This document shows, one piece after another, positions 61,695-64,000 of a DNA stretch of 64,000 bases (the first letter of the stretch is position 1; each line of letters opens with the position of its first letter). The stretch spans positions 5,461-69,460 of the forward strand of contig CALFMK010000001.1 of NCBI GenBank assembly GCA_937879955.1. Reading direction: 5' to 3'. The DNA is from an uncultured bacterium (lineage in GTDB: Bacteria > Patescibacteriota > Minisyncoccia > Phycocordibacterales > Phycocordibacteraceae). The position numbers and the translations under genes are program-made. The notes under the pieces were generated by a model that made no database searches, was not told the DNA's origin, and saw nothing but the letters and a program-made list of their open reading frames with translations.

Positions 61695-61856
61695 ATGGGA
61701 CTCGACTATAGCCAGAAGCGCCTCGTCTCCGCGCCGCTCCATCACCGGGGGCGCGAGAGCGCGCACACCAAGCGCCTTAAGCTCTACGCGTTCCTCACGG
61801 GCCTCATGAGCACCTGCATATCGCTCGCGCAGCTGGTTATCACGGCGATGAAATAG
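61695..61856 (+). CDS. possible 53-aa tail-anchored small protein (below the ORF-track cutoff)
   Basis: MGLDYSQKRLVSAPLHHRGRESAHTKRLKLYAFLTGLMSTCISLAQLVITAMK. Codon third positions are almost all G/C. Paralogous C-terminus to the next ORF. Confidence 0.35.
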   Translation: MGLDYSQKRLVSAPLHHRGRESAHTKRLKLYAFLTGLMSTCISLAQLVITAMK

Positions 61857-61886
61857 GCGTGCTATCCTAGTACCCATACATTCCTT

Positions 61887-62006
61887 ATGGCACGCCGAGC
61901 AAAGAAACATTCCAAGGGACCGGGGCTCGAGGTCTACGCGTTCTGGACCGGGTTCGCGAGCACTATCATCAGCCTCCTGCACGTGCTCATCGTGGCGAGC
62001 AAGTAG
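61887..62006 (+). CDS. possible 39-aa tail-anchored small protein
   Basis: MARRAKKHSKGPGLEVYAFWTGFASTIISLLHVLIVASK. Shares the (L/V)YAF.TG..ST.ISL...(L/V)I.A.K pattern with the previous ORF. Confidence 0.35.
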   Translation: MARRAKKHSKGPGLEVYAFWTGFASTIISLLHVLIVASK

Positions 62007-62010
62007 CGCC

Positions 62011-62130
62011 ATGGCAGAGAATAAGCCTGCACCATCGTTCCGTGACCCGAAGCGCGGCATGAGCGCGTTCTCGAGCAAGGGCGTGAAGAAGCCTGTACGC
62101 GCGTCGTATTTCGGAAAGAAGGCGCGATAG
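62011..62130 (+). CDS. possible 39-aa basic small protein
   Basis: MAENKPAPSFRDPKRGMSAFSSKGVKKPVRASYFGKKAR. Followed 8 nt later by a strong terminator. Confidence 0.3.
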   Translation: MAENKPAPSFRDPKRGMSAFSSKGVKKPVRASYFGKKAR

Positions 62131-62138
62131 GGAAGGGA

Positions 62139-62166
62139 AAAGCCGGAGTAGGGATGCTCCGGCTTT
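62139..62166 (+). terminator. intrinsic terminator closing the LOG / tiny-ORF transcription unit
   Basis: AAAGCCGGAG-TAGGGATG-CTCCGGCTTT followed by T. Confidence 0.65.
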
Positions 62167-62182
62167 TACGTAGGTGGATGCG

Positions 62183-62368
62183 TCATCGGGTGCGGCCGCT
62201 GTAGGTGAGCACGCCGGCGATTATGATCGCGACGGTGACAGTCCGTCCGGCGATCTGTACGACAGGGTCCGGATGGAGATTCGCCGCGAGCGAGCAGAGC
62301 AGCATCACGAGAGCGACGGTGTACAGAATGATCGAGATACCCCTACTTTCAGGACTATGACGCGACAT
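62183..62368 (-). CDS. small membrane protein, hypothetical
   Basis: 61 aa with two hydrophobic helices (ISIILYTVALVMLLCSLAA, VTVAIIIAGVLTY). Confidence 0.4.
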   Translation of the reverse strand: MSRHSPESRGISIILYTVALVMLLCSLAANLHPDPVVQIAGRTVTVAIIIAGVLTYSGRTR

Positions 62369-62554
62369 GGCACGGACCTTTCCTAAAGAGCGATACCGAG
62401 CTCTTCCGCTAGTATGCGCTCCGCCGGGGATTTGTTAAGCAGAAAGGCACTCGACTTTATCTTTTCTTTATCTCTCGTACATACACTGAGCCGGGTAGTT
62501 CTTTCATCCTGCAAGGTCGCCCGTAGCGACTGCGCATGAATACCCGCATAGGGG

Positions 62555-62586
62555 AGAGCGAACCGTCCGTCAGGGCGGTTCGCTCT
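62555..62586 (+). terminator. 13-bp hairpin in the 62.4-62.6 kb ORF-free region
   Basis: AGAGCGAACCGTC-CGTCAG-GGCGGTTCGCTCT followed by TT. Confidence 0.45.
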
Positions 62587-62648
62587 TTAGTGGTGTAATA
62601 TTTTAGCCCTAAACACGGTACGCGCACGGTGCTATAGTCGAGGTATCT

Positions 62649-63014
62649 ATGCCTTGGCCACGAGTGGGGGACTGGTTGGAGAGGATCAGTAAATCGAACG
62701 CGCTCTATCCGCTCCTCATAGCGCTATGCCTCTCCGTCGCGTTCGCCGGTACGGTCATAGCATTCGTACCGAACGTTCTCATCCAGGTCATCGTCTGTAT
62801 ACCAGTGCTGATGATCGTATTCCAGATCGTCCGGAGCTTCGAGTACTTCTCCAAGAACAACCCGGACATGCTCCGGACCGAGACGCATGTGATCCAGCAG
62901 CGCGTCCTCGAGATGATGGGGGACGAGTCCGGCGTCGTGCACGCGACTGCGGCCGACCTGGTAGCCATAACGAATCCTGCGAATACCCAGGATAGAATCG
63001 AAAACCATGGCTAA
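62649..63014 (+). CDS. membrane protein, hypothetical
   Basis: 121 aa with two TM helices (LYPLLIALCLSVAFAGTVIAFV, IQVIVCIPVLMIVFQIV). TATAGT box upstream. Confidence 0.5.
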   Translation: MPWPRVGDWLERISKSNALYPLLIALCLSVAFAGTVIAFVPNVLIQVIVCIPVLMIVFQIVRSFEYFSKNNPDMLRTETHVIQQRVLEMMGDESGVVHATAADLVAITNPANTQDRIENHG

Positions 63015-63294
63015 CATCTATCTTATCGCCGTAAAGAATGATGATTCCTTCAATGTTAAGGAATTCCATAAATTTGTTAAGGAAAAACTCTATCCTGAGC
63101 ATGTGGGCGGTTGGTGGCATTACGTTTCTGGACCAACCTATCTCGTTAAGTCGGAAACACTTGATGCTAAGGGAATATCCGAAATCATCACCCAGTTCAC
63201 TGGCAAGCAGAGTCATCTTGTTACCAAGATCGATCTAGAAGATATCGAAGGAATGTTGCCGGCTCGCGCATGGGACTGGCTCGGACTCTACTAA
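63007..63294 (+). CDS. hypothetical protein (low-GC island)
   Basis: 95 aa. Overlaps the previous gene by 8 nt. AT-rich codon usage. Confidence 0.5.
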   Translation: MANIYLIAVKNDDSFNVKEFHKFVKEKLYPEHVGGWWHYVSGPTYLVKSETLDAKGISEIITQFTGKQSHLVTKIDLEDIEGMLPARAWDWLGLY

Positions 63295-63512
63295 TGGAGC
63301 ACATCACACTTCAAGAGTATGAAGATACTGATGGAACGAGGATGGAGCTCGGTATCCAGTATGACGAAGCTACCTACCAGTTCATCGTTTCCGGAACGCC
63401 AATTAATGGCAATGGGGCGTATGAGGCAGGGAAGACGCCCATTTTCGCATCCTTCCCGACCCTCGAAGAAGCAAGGATGTTCGTAGAAAAGAGTTTCACT
63501 AAGATCTCCTAG
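63294..63512 (+). CDS. hypothetical protein (low-GC island)
   Basis: TAATG stop/start overlap with the previous gene. MEHITLQEYEDTDG... (72 aa). The track start at 63270 is in the same frame. Confidence 0.45.
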   Translation: MEHITLQEYEDTDGTRMELGIQYDEATYQFIVSGTPINGNGAYEAGKTPIFASFPTLEEARMFVEKSFTKIS

Positions 63513-63571
63513 GAATCTTCGGTTTATTTTTTCTCCAGGATTCCTTTATCCGGGGCTGGTAGGGTTCGGAT

Positions 63572-64000
63572 ATGGCAATGGTAGAAGAAAATCTGATACT
63601 TTCCCTCTTGAAGAAAGAGTTTCCGAAGGCGCCCGAACAGGTATTGAGACAATGGCTTGCTCCAGCTGTTAAGAAGGACGGTTGGCCACCGACCGGACTT
63701 CATTGGATCGGTGTATTGGGGAAAAGGGATCTGGATTTCTGGAAAAAGAAGGAATGGTCCCTTAAGGACGTTAACCTCGAAGAAGCTTCCTGGGATTACG
63801 ATACTAGGTACGCGGCAGAAAAGGTGCTCGAAGGGTTTGTTGCATCTCAAGAATCTGAAGTCCTCTTCTCTGATTCTCATGAGAAGCAGAAGGTCATACG
63901 AGCACTTAAGCACCTTTCAGTCGAAGGAAGCTTCTTCGAGCCGATAACCGCATTTCTCGTAGAAAACGAATCTGGTGGCTACTCGCTCGTAGACGGATTC
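63572..64000 (+). CDS. hypothetical protein, N-terminal fragment (runs off window end); possibly ParB/Srx-like
   Basis: Open frame from the ATG at 63572 to the window end (143 codons), so it is absent from the track. It ends ...GGYSLVDGF, reminiscent of the ..LIDG(H/F)HR motif of ParB-like nuclease domains, but the motif is cut by the window edge. Confidence 0.4.
   Translation, partial: MAMVEENLILSLLKKEFPKAPEQVLRQWLAPAVKKDGWPPTGLHWIGVLGKRDLDFWKKKEWSLKDVNLEEASWDYDTRYAAEKVLEGFVASQESEVLFSDSHEKQKVIRALKHLSVEGSFFEPITAFLVENESGGYSLVDGF

Overview
High-GC (hand counts above 60% in most lines), densely packed bacterial chromosomal segment with about 95 genes. High GC also produces many long spurious antisense ORFs in the track.

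Recognisable content:
- An OmpR-type two-component pair.
- Class Ia ribonucleotide reductase nrdAB behind a candidate cobalamin riboswitch.
- A run of secreted peptidoglycan-remodelling enzymes (3D-domain protein, GH18, VanY).
- A MASE1-like hybrid histidine kinase and a SET-domain protein.
- tdk, hpf, def-fmt, murA, holB, frr and rseP.
- Two mreB paralogs, one leading a proS-mreBCD-mrdA string.
- greA and a truncated dcw cluster (mraZ-rsmH-ftsL-ftsI-murF).
- truB, yqeY, radC, a P-type ATPase, rmuC, recR-dnaB-cysS, corA and an S41 protease.
- rplU, rplI, rpmA, a DEDD exonuclease and a LOG-family protein.
- tRNA-Asn(GTT) and tRNA-Glu(CTC).

The short holB, truncated dcw cluster, INS-less ProRS and many small secreted or orphan proteins resemble a reduced-genome Patescibacteria/CPR-like organism. 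That lineage call is inference only.

The most unusual feature is a 3.4-kb block at 41.76-45.18 kb of co-oriented, individually promoted regulators:
- a receiverless protein with two OmpR-class winged helices plus a third C-terminal HTH;
- two tandem response regulators that read like alphaproteobacterial CtrA, one lacking the phospho-acceptor Asp, with a duplicated promoter;
- two small overlapping ORFs.

Other notable observations:
- Two low-GC islands (5.8-9.1 kb, and 62.4 kb to the window end).
- A 0.5-kb ORF-free, hairpin-dense region next to the riboswitch.
- A promoter-to-terminator ncRNA or attenuator candidate upstream of def.
- A shared direct-repeat operator upstream of two signalling genes.
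- A shared 15-mer upstream of nrdA and nrdB.
- A leaderless versus Shine-Dalgarno split between housekeeping and orphan genes.
- A cluster of three unannotated tiny ORFs.

I found no transposases, integrases, CRISPR arrays or rRNA genes.
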